In this document: one piece after another, positions 30,931 through 39,916 of the stretch
Layout of the letters: every line of letters begins with the position of its first letter
Numbering within the stretch: the first letter of the stretch is position 1
Notes under the pieces: generated by a model
What the model was told of the DNA's origin: nothing
Seen by the model: the letters and a program-made list of their open reading frames with translations, nothing else
Database searches by the model: none
Program-made: the position numbers and the translations under genes
Assembly (NCBI GenBank): GCA_963750165.1
Contig: CAVVPN010000003.1
Coordinates: 1,824,001-1,888,000, forward strand
DNA: 64,000 nt
Direction of reading: 5' to 3'
Origin: an uncultured Gemmataceae bacterium
GTDB lineage: Bacteria > Planctomycetota > Planctomycetia > Gemmatales > Gemmataceae

Positions 30931-31212
30931 ATGAGCAAGCCCGAACAGTCCGCGGCAGCCGCCCTCCGCATGTGGTATCGCCACCACGGCTACCTCCGCC
31001 GGCCGCTGGCCTGGCGCATCCGTGCGGGCGAGGATCGGCCCGATGATTGGCAAGTTTGCTTCCTGGTGAAATCGGTCGTGGATCTGAGACAACTGCGGTC
31101 GGCGCTCGCGAAAGTCGGATTTCATCTCCCGCCGGCGCTTCGGCGCTTCGGCTACCACTGGCAGAATTTAACGGGACAGGCCAACCAGCAACGGTTCCTG
31201 AATCTCCTGTGA
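30931..31212 (+). CDS. small basic hypothetical protein
   Basis: 93-aa ORF with globular composition (WYRHHGYLRR...LRQLRSALAKVGF...RFLNLL). Confidence 0.6.
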   Translation: MSKPEQSAAAALRMWYRHHGYLRRPLAWRIRAGEDRPDDWQVCFLVKSVVDLRQLRSALAKVGFHLPPALRRFGYHWQNLTGQANQQRFLNLL

Positions 31213-31704
31213 TGTGGTGACGGACCACCAGCTGGAAAGCAGCGACCCATCGATTCCCGACTCTTTGCGCTCTGCTGGGCGAGACTGTGACAACCTGGAG
31301 AATCAGCGCGGCCCCTGGATTTGATAGGGGTGTCTGTGAGATGAAATGAGATCAAAGCCCTCCGTGGCACCATCTCCATTATATCGCCCAAACCGCTACC
31401 GGGGAACGGCCCTGCGCCTGACCCGGCGAGTCCCGGCTCTGGTGGAATGTTGATCGCCCAGCCTCCTTGCATCGCGTGGCCTTCGCCGGCGCAACCGATA
31501 CAGGCCGCACAGACAGACTCCTGAAGCGCCGGTTTTGCCGATCTTGCCGTCGCCCGGCTACACCGGTTCGCTCGCGCCATCCGATACAACTTGCGATACC
31601 AGTTCCCTGACAAAACGCGCCGCCGGGCACTGTCGCGGCACGCGGGCCGTGGCATGGTCCTGTCAGGCGTCCTCGAAACCCCTGACGAGCGAAAAGAGTG
31701 TCCC

Positions 31705-33324
31705 ATGAGAAACGGATTTCTCGGGTCGCTGTTCACGTTGTTGGCCTGCGCGGGCGCCGCCTCGGCCCAGTCGTTCCCGTCGTTCCAGGCCGCCCCGCCC
31801 CCCGGCTATGGACCGCCGCCAGCCGGCTTCTACAACCCCTACTACGGCGTCGCGCCCCAGCAGCCGCCCCGGATGCCGGCCTGGCCAGGCTCCGCGCCGC
31901 AGGGCGCGTACGGCATGCCCTACGGCGCCCCGATGATGCCGGGCTACGGCCCGCCGATGGGCGCGAACCCCGGCTACCCGAGCTACCCCGGACTCGCCCC
32001 GCAAATGCCGCCGTCCTGGCCCAGGACGATGGTCCCGACCGCCGCGCCGGCGCCGGCACCGCAAGCCACGGCGAGCGACCTGCCCGGCGTGCCGGTCACG
32101 CCGCCTTCGGCGCCGCAGCAGGGACAGCCTCTCATGAAGCTCGGCGAGGCCGGCCCCCTGCCGCCGGCGGACCTGCCCGTGGTGGCGCCGCGGCCCGGCA
32201 CGCAGTTGCTGCAAGACGACGACCCGGAGGCGTGTCCGAGTTGCGCCGCGCCGCCGAAGATCCTGTCGCATGAGAAGAACCCGCCGTTCGCCGCCCCGCC
32301 CGGCTATTGCCTCTACGGCATGGTTCAGGGCCTGGCGTGGTGGACGCGCGGCCAGAACACGGTGCCGCTGCTGAGCACCGGGGCGCTGCCGGGCGGGACC
32401 GTGCTGGCCGATAACCTTAACTTCAACAACCAACCGCAATACGGCAGCCTGGTGACGCTGGGCACCTGGCTGGACCGGCAGCAGCGGATGGGTCTGGAGG
32501 TGACCGGCTTCTGGCTGCCGAATCAGAAGTCGTCGCTGACGGTGCAGTCGCCGGGCACGACGACATTTGGCAACCCGTTCAGCGACGCGAACACGGGCCT
32601 GGAGGGCTTCCAGCCGCTGGCGAGTCCGGGTCTGCTGGCGGGCACCGCGCGCATCCTGACCAACAGCGAACTGTACGGCGGCGAGGCCAACCTGCGCTTC
32701 GAGCTGTGCCGCACCTGCAACATGCACCTGGACTTGCTGACCGGCTTCCGCTACCTGGACCTGCGCGAGGGCCTGGAGATCGAGGAGTCTTCGACCTTCA
32801 CGCCGCAGGTGCCGATTTTGGCCGGCACCACGTTGAACAGTTCGGACCGCTTCCGTACGCACAACCAGTTCTACGGCGGCCAGCTCGGGCTGGAGTCGGA
32901 GTGGCACTGGGGCCGGTTTTTCGTCGATGTGTGGGGCAAGGTAGCGCTGGGGGCCAACGACGAAAACGTGAGCATCGGCGGCACCACGGTGTTGAACGGC
33001 AACACCGGCTTGAGCCTGACGCGCAACGGCGGCTTCTACACGCAGCCGACCAACATCGGTTCGTATGAACGCACGCAGTTCGCGGTGATCCCGGCGTTCG
33101 GCTTGCAGGCGGGCTACCAGTTGACGACGCACCTGCGGGCGTCGTTCGGCTACAGTTTCCTGTACCTGAATCAGGCGGTGCGGCCCGGAGACCAGATCGA
33201 CCGCACCGTGAACCTGACGCAGCAGGGCGGCGCCCTGGTCGGGCCGGCACGGCCGGCGTTCAACTTCGTCAACAACGAATACTGGGCGCAGGGCATCAAC
33301 ATCGGCCTGGAGTTCCGCTACTAG
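31705..33324 (+). CDS. BBP7-family outer-membrane beta-barrel protein
   Basis: Signal peptide, Pro-rich region, GFRYLDLRE, NQFYGGQLG, VRPGDQID..VN, C-terminal WAQGINIGLEFRY. Confidence 0.85.
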   Translation: MRNGFLGSLFTLLACAGAASAQSFPSFQAAPPPGYGPPPAGFYNPYYGVAPQQPPRMPAWPGSAPQGAYGMPYGAPMMPGYGPPMGANPGYPSYPGLAPQMPPSWPRTMVPTAAPAPAPQATASDLPGVPVTPPSAPQQGQPLMKLGEAGPLPPADLPVVAPRPGTQLLQDDDPEACPSCAAPPKILSHEKNPPFAAPPGYCLYGMVQGLAWWTRGQNTVPLLSTGALPGGTVLADNLNFNNQPQYGSLVTLGTWLDRQQRMGLEVTGFWLPNQKSSLTVQSPGTTTFGNPFSDANTGLEGFQPLASPGLLAGTARILTNSELYGGEANLRFELCRTCNMHLDLLTGFRYLDLREGLEIEESSTFTPQVPILAGTTLNSSDRFRTHNQFYGGQLGLESEWHWGRFFVDVWGKVALGANDENVSIGGTTVLNGNTGLSLTRNGGFYTQPTNIGSYERTQFAVIPAFGLQAGYQLTTHLRASFGYSFLYLNQAVRPGDQIDRTVNLTQQGGALVGPARPAFNFVNNEYWAQGINIGLEFRY

Positions 33325-33445
33325 AGCGGATTGCAGGTGCGTGTAGCATGTAGTAGGTCCGGCGAGCCGAGCCGGACCCGCGCTGGGTGCCGCTCGGCTC
33401 GCGGCACCTACCCCAGACCGCTACACCCAACCGCAATCCGCTCTA
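33322..33445. mobile_element. MITE-like element with TAGAGCGGATTGC terminal inverted repeats and nested REP pair
   Basis: TAGAGCGGATTGC...GCAATCCGCTCTA ends; internal GTAGGTCCGGCGAGCCGAGC / GCTCGGCTCGCGGCACCTAC. Confidence 0.65.
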
Positions 33446-33548
33446 AGGAGGCGCCGAACAACAACTTCCAAGAGTAGGACGGCTCTCCAGAGCCGTCCCG
33501 ACGGCTCTGGAGAGCCGTCCTACGAAGTTGTTGTTCGGCGCCTCCTAA
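33444..33548. mobile_element. MITE-like element with AGGAGGCGCCGAACAACAACTTC inverted ends and nested REP pair
   Basis: 23-bp perfect TIRs flanked by TAA; internal GTAGGACGGCTCTCCAGAGCCGTC / GACGGCTCTGGAGAGCCGTCCTAC. Confidence 0.7.
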
Positions 33549-33550
33549 CG

Positions 33551-33666
<116 letters not shown>

Positions 33667-33701
33667 TTTCTGTGGTTTCTGCGAAATTTGCGGTCGCTGA
33701 T

Positions 33702-33730
33702 TTGACGCGCTCCGCGTTGCGGCCTAGGGT
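33702..33730 (+). promoter_or_regulatory. putative sigma70 promoter of riboswitch/flp transcript
   Basis: TTGACG-17nt-TAGGGT about 85 nt upstream of the aptamer. Confidence 0.55.
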
Positions 33731-33813
33731 TTGGCAACGAAGGGATCGAGTGAAGGATGCCCGCGAGCGGGACGCACCCACCGCGGCGGAACAAACCAAC
33801 ATCGTGAAACCTC

Positions 33814-33916
33814 TTCGTCCTCGACAAAGGCAAACCATCCGTAAGGGTGGGACGCAAAGCCATGGGTCCGCCGGAGTGGTGGCTCCGCCGGATCGCCAGG
33901 CTGCCGAAGGGATGAA
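33814..33916 (+). ncRNA. c-di-GMP-I (GEMM-I) riboswitch
   Basis: GGCAAACCATCC-GTAA-GGGTGGGACGCAAAGCC...GGTCCG...CGGATCGCCAGGCTGCCGA matches the class I consensus; GNRA tetraloop; P1 TTCGTCC.TCG pairs with CGA..GGATGAA; lies 5' of flp pilins. Confidence 0.92.
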
Positions 33917-34054
33917 CGGCCCGCGGGAACCCACGTTCGGCGGCATCATCTCACGCAGACGCTGCCCAACCGGGCCGGCGTCATCCAAAGAGGTAAGGAG
34001 GTTCGAGTCAAGGCGGTCCTCCCTGGGAGACCGCATCCGGAAAGGGGAGATAGT

Positions 34055-34243
34055 ATGCGCAGTCTGGTTCAGTCCGTGGTCCGCTTTCTCCAACGGGAAG
34101 ATGGTCCCACCGCAGTCGAGTACGCGGTCATGCTGGCGCTGATCGTCGTCGTGTGCATCGTCAGCATCACCGCCCTGGGCGGCAACGCCAACAAGACCTT
34201 CTCCAACGTCGCCCTGAACACGGCAGTCAGCGTCGGCTCCTGA
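34055..34243 (+). CDS. flp: Flp family type IVb pilin (divergent copy 1)
   Basis: FLQREDG|PTAVEYAVMLALI. Confidence 0.95.
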   Translation: MRSLVQSVVRFLQREDGPTAVEYAVMLALIVVVCIVSITALGGNANKTFSNVALNTAVSVGS

Positions 34244-34445
34244 TGGCGATGATGTGGAAGTCGAAGGTCAAACTCAGGAACAGTAGGATGCGTCGGTTCG
34301 TGAGGAGCAGTAAGCCCGCCCCGGTAGTGTGACCTGCCGGCGGCCAGGTTCGGAACAGAGTCACAAACTTAAACAGCTGGTCCGCCGGGGACTCAGCCAG
34401 CTGTCGGGAACAGAGAAGTCCTTACCAAGCAGAGGATCGTAAGTT

Positions 34446-34634
34446 ATGAAGCACCTGGCTCAGAGCGTCGTGAACTTCCTGAAGCGTGAAGACGGCCCGA
34501 CGGCTGTCGAGTACGCGGTCATGTTGGCCCTGATTATCGTGGTGTGCATCGTCGCCATCACCGCGCTGGGCAGCAACGCCAACAAGACCTTCTCCAGCGT
34601 CAGCAACACCATCGGCTCCACCACCGGCAGCTGA
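34446..34634 (+). CDS. flp: Flp family type IVb pilin (copy 2)
   Basis: FLKREDG|PTAVEYAVMLALI; AGGA SD. Confidence 0.95.
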   Translation: MKHLAQSVVNFLKREDGPTAVEYAVMLALIIVVCIVAITALGSNANKTFSSVSNTIGSTTGS

Positions 34635-34783
34635 ACGCAACCGAACTACCATCGGGCCCGGTTTTTGTTAGTAAACCGGGCCCTTACCATAAACCAAGAC
34701 TTTTCCGAGGCGCCGGGGCACCCCACTCTGTCATACGTTTAACCCCGGCAATCACCTGATTAACCCCTCAACGAGGAATGAAC

Positions 34784-34972
34784 ATGAAGCACCTGGCTCA
34801 GAGCGTCGTGAACTTCCTGAAGCGTGAAGACGGCCCGACGGCTGTCGAATACGCGGTCATGTTGGCCCTGATTATCGTGGTGTGCATCGTCGCCATCACC
34901 GCGCTGGGCAGCAACGCCAACAAGACCTTCTCCAGCGTCAGCAACACCATCGGCTCCACCACCGGCAGCTAA
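34784..34972 (+). CDS. flp: Flp family type IVb pilin (copy 3)
   Basis: Protein identical to copy 2; GAGGA SD fits the ATG at 34784. Confidence 0.95.
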   Translation: MKHLAQSVVNFLKREDGPTAVEYAVMLALIIVVCIVAITALGSNANKTFSSVSNTIGSTTGS

Positions 34973-35094
34973 CGCCGAACCACATCAATCTCGATCATCG
35001 TCTTTGTTACTGGAGTTCACCGGGAAGCTCTCCTGGGACACGGGCTCGATCCCGGATGAACGAGTGGTCTGTTAACCAGAAAGGATCGTGAATT

Positions 35095-35283
35095 ATGAAG
35101 CACCTGACTCAGAGCGTCGTGAACTTCCTGAAGCGTGAAGACGGCCCGACGGCCGTCGAGTACGCGGTCATGTTGGCCCTGATTATCGTGGTGTGCATCG
35201 TCGCCATCACCGCGCTGGGCAGCAACGCCAACAAGACCTTCTCCAGCGTCAGCAACACCATCGGCTCCACCACCGGCAGCTAA
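35095..35283 (+). CDS. flp: Flp family type IVb pilin (copy 4)
   Basis: Differs from copy 2 only by A5T in the leader peptide. Confidence 0.95.
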   Translation: MKHLTQSVVNFLKREDGPTAVEYAVMLALIIVVCIVAITALGSNANKTFSSVSNTIGSTTGS

Positions 35284-35309
35284 CACGGGATCGCTTTGGC
35301 GTTCCTGTC

Positions 35310-35357
35310 TGAACCCGCAGCGCCAGCGAGTGGACCCTCGCTGGCGCTGCGGGTTCA
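35310..35357. repeat. REP-like palindrome AACCCGCAGCGCCAGCGAG...CTCGCTGGCGCTGCGGGTT
   Basis: Perfect ~21-bp stem. Confidence 0.8.
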
Positions 35358-35366
35358 CGATAAAGC

Positions 35367-35399
35367 AAGGCCCAGCTCGGATGAGCTGGGCCTTTTTTT
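35367..35399 (+). terminator. intrinsic terminator between flp copies 4 and 5
   Basis: GGCCCAGCTC-GGAT-GAGCTGGGCC followed by TTTTTTT. Confidence 0.85.
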
Positions 35400-35514
35400 A
35401 TTGCTCCCCGCACGCGATTCATGACCTATAGTTCAACAGGCGAACCTGGAGGGCTCACACGGGACACGGGCTCCACTCCTGAGTTCGAGATTTCCTTACA
35501 GAAAGGATCGTCAG

Positions 35515-35703
35515 ATGAAGAAGTTGGCTCAGAGCGTCGTGAACTTCCTGAAGCGTGAAGACGGCCCGACGGCCGTCGAGTACGCGGTCATGTTGGCCCT
35601 GATTATCGTGGTGTGCATCGTCGCCATCACCGCGCTGGGCAGCAACGCCAACAAGACCTTCTCCAGCGTCAGCAACACCATCGGCTCCACCACCGGCAGC
35701 TAA
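35515..35703 (+). CDS. flp: Flp family type IVb pilin (copy 5)
   Basis: Differs from copy 2 only by H3K in the leader peptide. Confidence 0.95.
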   Translation: MKKLAQSVVNFLKREDGPTAVEYAVMLALIIVVCIVAITALGSNANKTFSSVSNTIGSTTGS

Positions 35704-35774
35704 CTCTGGTCGGTAGAACGGCGTCCGCCCCATCCCCTGATTCATCCATCCGCGCCCGATGAGGAACGACTCGC

Positions 35775-36371
35775 ATGGCTCATCTATTCACCTGGGAAAA
35801 CTGGCCGGTCCTGGTGGTTTGCGCGGGCATGATCGCCGCGGCAGTCATCGACTGGTGGAAATTCAAGGTGCCGAACAAGTTGACCTTCCCCCTGATCCTC
35901 AGTGGTTGGCTGCTCGGGCTGCTGAACATGTTCCAGCTGGTGCCGCACGGCGGTCACGGCTGGATCGGCGACGCCCTGGCCGGAACGTTCCTGGCCTGCG
36001 CCCTGCTGATCCCGGTGTACGCCATCGGCGGCATGGGCGCAGGCGATGTCAAGATGACCATGGGCTTCGGCTCCTGGGTCGGCGCGTTCTACACCTTTGC
36101 CGTGGGCTGGCAGATCATCGTGGTGGCGTTCTGCGTCGGCACGATCGTCGGCGGTGTCATCGCCCTGGGCATGATCGCGGTTCGCGGCAACTACCGCGGC
36201 AACATGCAGCACGTCCGCGAGATCATCGGCGATGCCTTCACATCGTCGAGTGTCGCGGACATGCACGACAAGGCCAACAAGCGTCGGCCGCGCTGGCACC
36301 GCCTGCCGTACGGCGTGCCGCTGTGCATCGGCTTCGTCGGCTATTTGCTGTACCTGTACGCCGCGCTGTGA
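35775..36371 (+). CDS. cpaA: A24 prepilin peptidase CpaA/TadV
   Basis: AAVID...KVPNKLT, GGMGAGDVK, LPYGVPL. Confidence 0.92.
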   Translation: MAHLFTWENWPVLVVCAGMIAAAVIDWWKFKVPNKLTFPLILSGWLLGLLNMFQLVPHGGHGWIGDALAGTFLACALLIPVYAIGGMGAGDVKMTMGFGSWVGAFYTFAVGWQIIVVAFCVGTIVGGVIALGMIAVRGNYRGNMQHVREIIGDAFTSSSVADMHDKANKRRPRWHRLPYGVPLCIGFVGYLLYLYAAL

Positions 36372-36381
36372 TCGAGACCGG

Positions 36382-36474
36382 AAATTGCAGATTGTAGATT
36401 GCAGATTGTCAATTGAAAAACCATCCAAACCGCCTGTCTTTCAGTTGGCCATCTGCAATCTACAATCTGCAATC
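36382..36474. repeat. inverted heptamer (ATTGCAG) repeat hairpin
   Basis: ATTGCAG ATTGTAG ATTGCAG ... ATCTGCAATCTACAATCTGCAAT. Confidence 0.8.
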
Positions 36475-36670
36475 CCCTGGCCTTCCCAGCTTGTCCGGTG
36501 ACCCATAAAGGGCGCAGAACTGTTACTTTCGCTGCAATCGTAAAAGTTGAAGTTGGCTGCTTCAGTGGTCGAAAATAACAGCGTAATCTGAACCATCACG
36601 CTGAGCACGCTGAAGACGGTCAACCACGGGCAGCACATCCGGGGTAATCCCTTCTTCAGTGAGGTCAGCG

Positions 36671-37783
36671 ATGAAACCCAAGACCATGATTTTGATGGTG
36701 GTCGCCATCGTTTGCGGCCTGGGAGCCAGCTACATGACAAGCCGACTCCTGGCGGAACGCGAAGAACAACAACCGGCGGCGCAAGTGGTCGCCGAACCCG
36801 TCAAGGCGAAGTTCCTTGTGGCCAAGACGAACCTGGACATTGGTTCGGCGATCAAGAACCCGCAGGACATGTTTGTCGAGAAGGCGCTGCTGGCGGAGGA
36901 CGCCCCCAAGGACGCCCTGACCGAGTTCAAGCTCCTCAAGGGCAAGTACCTCCGGCGGACCCTGCGCAAGGGCGACCACATCACCAACGACGATTTGATG
37001 GACGAACGGGCCAGCATTCTCGCCCGCCTGCCGGACGGCTACCAGGCTTACGGCATTCAGGTGGACCCGGCGGCGATCGCGGCCGGCTGGGCCGCCGTGC
37101 CCGGCTCGAAGGTGAACATCCTGTGGACGCGGCGCGGCAGCGACGACAAGACGTCGTACACCACGGTCCTGCTGGAGGACGTGCTCGTCCTGGCGGGCGA
37201 CGGCATCTCGCGGATGCAGGACGACGGCAAGGCCCTGCCATCCAGTGTCGTAACCGTGGCCCTGAAGACGATTGACACGATGAAGATCAAACTGGCCCAG
37301 CAGTACGGCCCTCTGACGCTGACGCTGCGGAAGTTCAGCGACAACACGCCGCTGCCGGAAGCCGAGAAGTTCAGCCTTGGGGATTTGAACAAGATCGCTA
37401 CGGATCGCAAGGAAGGCAAGGGCATGAGCGGCCTCGAGGTCGATCCGAACTTTGAGATCGATCGGGAGACGGGCGAACTGATCCCCAAGCTTCCCGCCGC
37501 CAAGCAGGATGAAAAGGTCGAGCCGCTGCCGGAGGTGCAGGAGTTGAAGCAGCCGAAGCGGTATTTCCACACGATCATCTTCCGCCAGGGCGACAAGTCG
37601 TGGAAGCAACGCATCGAGGTGGACGCCAACGGCAACCCGATCCAGGAAGACGTGCAGCAGGCGTCCCTCGGCGAGGCGCCGTACGCGCAACAGCCCGACC
37701 CCACCGTGGGGACGCCGCCGAACAACCCGGCCCAGGGGCCGCCGGCCAACAAGGAGTTGAAGAAGGGCTCCACCAAGGATTGA
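36671..37783 (+). CDS. cpaB: Flp pilus assembly protein CpaB/RcpC
   Basis: N-terminal TM, SAF domain, PGSKVNIL, LLEDVLVLA, VVTVAL, GPLTLTLR. Confidence 0.9.
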   Translation: MKPKTMILMVVAIVCGLGASYMTSRLLAEREEQQPAAQVVAEPVKAKFLVAKTNLDIGSAIKNPQDMFVEKALLAEDAPKDALTEFKLLKGKYLRRTLRKGDHITNDDLMDERASILARLPDGYQAYGIQVDPAAIAAGWAAVPGSKVNILWTRRGSDDKTSYTTVLLEDVLVLAGDGISRMQDDGKALPSSVVTVALKTIDTMKIKLAQQYGPLTLTLRKFSDNTPLPEAEKFSLGDLNKIATDRKEGKGMSGLEVDPNFEIDRETGELIPKLPAAKQDEKVEPLPEVQELKQPKRYFHTIIFRQGDKSWKQRIEVDANGNPIQEDVQQASLGEAPYAQQPDPTVGTPPNNPAQGPPANKELKKGSTKD

Positions 37784-37998
37784 ACGGAAGGGGCTTCCCC
37801 CCTCACCTCCGCAGTGGGGGTGAGGGGATGAGCCGAAACCATCGCCAGAACCTTGCCCAGCAGCGCAGGCGCGGACCCGCGCTCCGTTTGTTCACGGTTG
37901 TGTAGGGTGGGGGACGGAACCCCACACCTGGACTGACCAATGCTTGTGGTGGGTGTCCACACCCGCCCTGCACATCACTGCACTAGAGAGGTGAAAGG

Positions 37999-39786
37999 AT
38001 GCACCGCACATCGATCCGGCGTCGGCCCATCGGGGTCGCGCTGTTCGGCCTGGCGCTGTGGCTCGGCTTCGCCGGCGCCGCCGGGGCTCAGGAAGTTGTC
38101 CCCGGCCCTCAATCCCCAAGACAGATTGTGGTGCCGCGCGGCGGCACCATCAGCATCCAGATGGGTTCGCGCAAGCCCATCAGCGCCGTCGATCTCGACG
38201 TGCCGGGCATCGTCCGCGCCGTCGTCGCGCCAGCGGACATCAAGACCGTCCTGATTACCGGCGAAACCCCCGGCCTGGCTCGCCTCACCCTGACCGACAA
38301 GGACGGCGGCAAGGAGGCGTATGAACTCATCGTCCAGACCGACGTGGAATACCTCAAGTTCGTGCTGCGGCGCGCGGTGCCGACGGCCAACATCGATCCG
38401 GTGCCCAGCGCCAACAACGCCTTCGTGCTCACCGGCACCGTGCAGCGCGCCGAGGACGTGGCCATCGTCCTGGCCACGGCCCAGAGCATCATCGGCAACA
38501 ACATCATCAACGCGCTGCGCGTCGGCGGTGTGATGCAGGTGCAGCTCGACGTGGTCGTCGCCCTGGTGGATCGCAGCCGCGCCCGCAACATGGGTTTCAG
38601 CTGGATCGAGAATGGCGTCCATCAGTTCCTCAGCAGCACGATCGGCGGCGGCGGCACGCTGACGAACATGCTCGGCACCAGCGCCGCCAACACGACCGCG
38701 AACCTGACCGGCACGCCCAACATCATCTTCGGCCTGATTTCCCCCAGCCACAGCTTCAGCGGCTACCTGAACGCGCTGATTACCGTGGGCGTCGCCAAGA
38801 CGTTGGCCGAGCCCAAGGTGGTCACGCTCAGCGGCAAGCCCGCCCAGTTCGTCTCCGGCGGCGAGCAGGCGGTGCCGACGTTGGCCTCCGGCTCGGCCGG
38901 CGGCGGTGCGGTTTCCGGCATCGACTTCCGGCCGTTCGGCACCACGGTGCGCGTCCTGCCCATCGTCCTGGGCGACGGCAAGATTTACCTGGATGTCGAG
39001 CCGCAGGTCACGTTTCCGTCCGGCAACGCGGCCATCGCGGCGCCGGTCGCCGGCACCACCGGCACGGTCGCCGGCCGCACCACCCAGCGTTTGCAGACCT
39101 CGATCATCATCGAGGACGGCCAGACCTTTGCCATCGGCGGCCTGATCCAGAAAACGTCCAACGTCCAGGTGACCAAGGTGCCGATCCTGGGCGATCTGCC
39201 CTACATCGGCGCCGGCTTCCGCGTCGTCAGCGACACCGAGGACGAACAGGAACTGCTCATCCTGGTGACGCCGCACCTCGTCGATCCGTTGGCCTGCAGC
39301 CAGCTGCCAAAATTACTTCCCACCCAGGAAACGCGCCGCCCCGATGATTTTGAGCTATTCTTGGAAGGGATCCTGGAGGCCCCACGCGGGCCGCGGGAAG
39401 TGTGGCAGAACTTCCACTATGTGCCGGCCTTCCGCAACGCCGCCAGCCTGTACCCGTGTGCCGGTGGCGCCTGTGGCCTCGGCGGCTGTGGACTCGGCAG
39501 CCAGGGCTGTGGCGGTTGCGGCTACGGCCAGTGCGGCGCCGGCGGCTGTGCCAACGGCCAGTGCGGCGTGGGTGCCGGACAGCTCGGACAACCGGGCGGC
39601 GCCTACACCCCGACGCTGCCGCCAATGCCGCAGGTGTCGCCGGCGACCTTCCAGGAGAGGACTGACAGTCGCGGCATCCCGCTGTCGCAAGGCAGCAGCC
39701 CGATGTCTCCCGTCCCTCCGGTGCCCGCGGCCCCGGTCCCTGTGACGACCACGTTCCCCAATCGTGCCTCTGGGGAATCGCGCTGA
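37999..39786 (+). CDS. cpaC: Tad secretin CpaC/RcpA
   Basis: QVQLDVVVA.V.RS, LAEPKVVTLSGKPAQFVSGGE, FRPFG, GQTFAIGGL, KVPILGDLP, ELLILVTP. Confidence 0.92.
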   Translation: MHRTSIRRRPIGVALFGLALWLGFAGAAGAQEVVPGPQSPRQIVVPRGGTISIQMGSRKPISAVDLDVPGIVRAVVAPADIKTVLITGETPGLARLTLTDKDGGKEAYELIVQTDVEYLKFVLRRAVPTANIDPVPSANNAFVLTGTVQRAEDVAIVLATAQSIIGNNIINALRVGGVMQVQLDVVVALVDRSRARNMGFSWIENGVHQFLSSTIGGGGTLTNMLGTSAANTTANLTGTPNIIFGLISPSHSFSGYLNALITVGVAKTLAEPKVVTLSGKPAQFVSGGEQAVPTLASGSAGGGAVSGIDFRPFGTTVRVLPIVLGDGKIYLDVEPQVTFPSGNAAIAAPVAGTTGTVAGRTTQRLQTSIIIEDGQTFAIGGLIQKTSNVQVTKVPILGDLPYIGAGFRVVSDTEDEQELLILVTPHLVDPLACSQLPKLLPTQETRRPDDFELFLEGILEAPRGPREVWQNFHYVPAFRNAASLYPCAGGACGLGGCGLGSQGCGGCGYGQCGAGGCANGQCGVGAGQLGQPGGAYTPTLPPMPQVSPATFQERTDSRGIPLSQGSSPMSPVPPVPAAPVPVTTTFPNRASGESR

Positions 39787-39916
39787 CTCGCCCCGGCCAG
39801 CCCCCTCCCGCCACGTCGGAGGGGGCTGGCCGGGCGCTGATGAGTAACCCCGGCGGCCGGTTGGGATGCAGACGGCCGTCATCCGTGATGTCTCTTAACC
39901 AGTATCGGTGGTGCTC

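Noticed and set aside
34244..34445. Repeated GGAACAG / GGA motifs as CsrA-binding sites or an sRNA
   Set aside because: Only three short copies and a poor match to the ANGGA hairpin-loop consensus; cannot be distinguished from chance
34446..35703. Repeat-spacer pattern resembling a CRISPR array or integron cassette array
   Set aside because: Repeats are 189-bp intact pilin ORFs with their own SD sequences; spacers are 120-230 bp; no cas genes, integrase or attC sites seen
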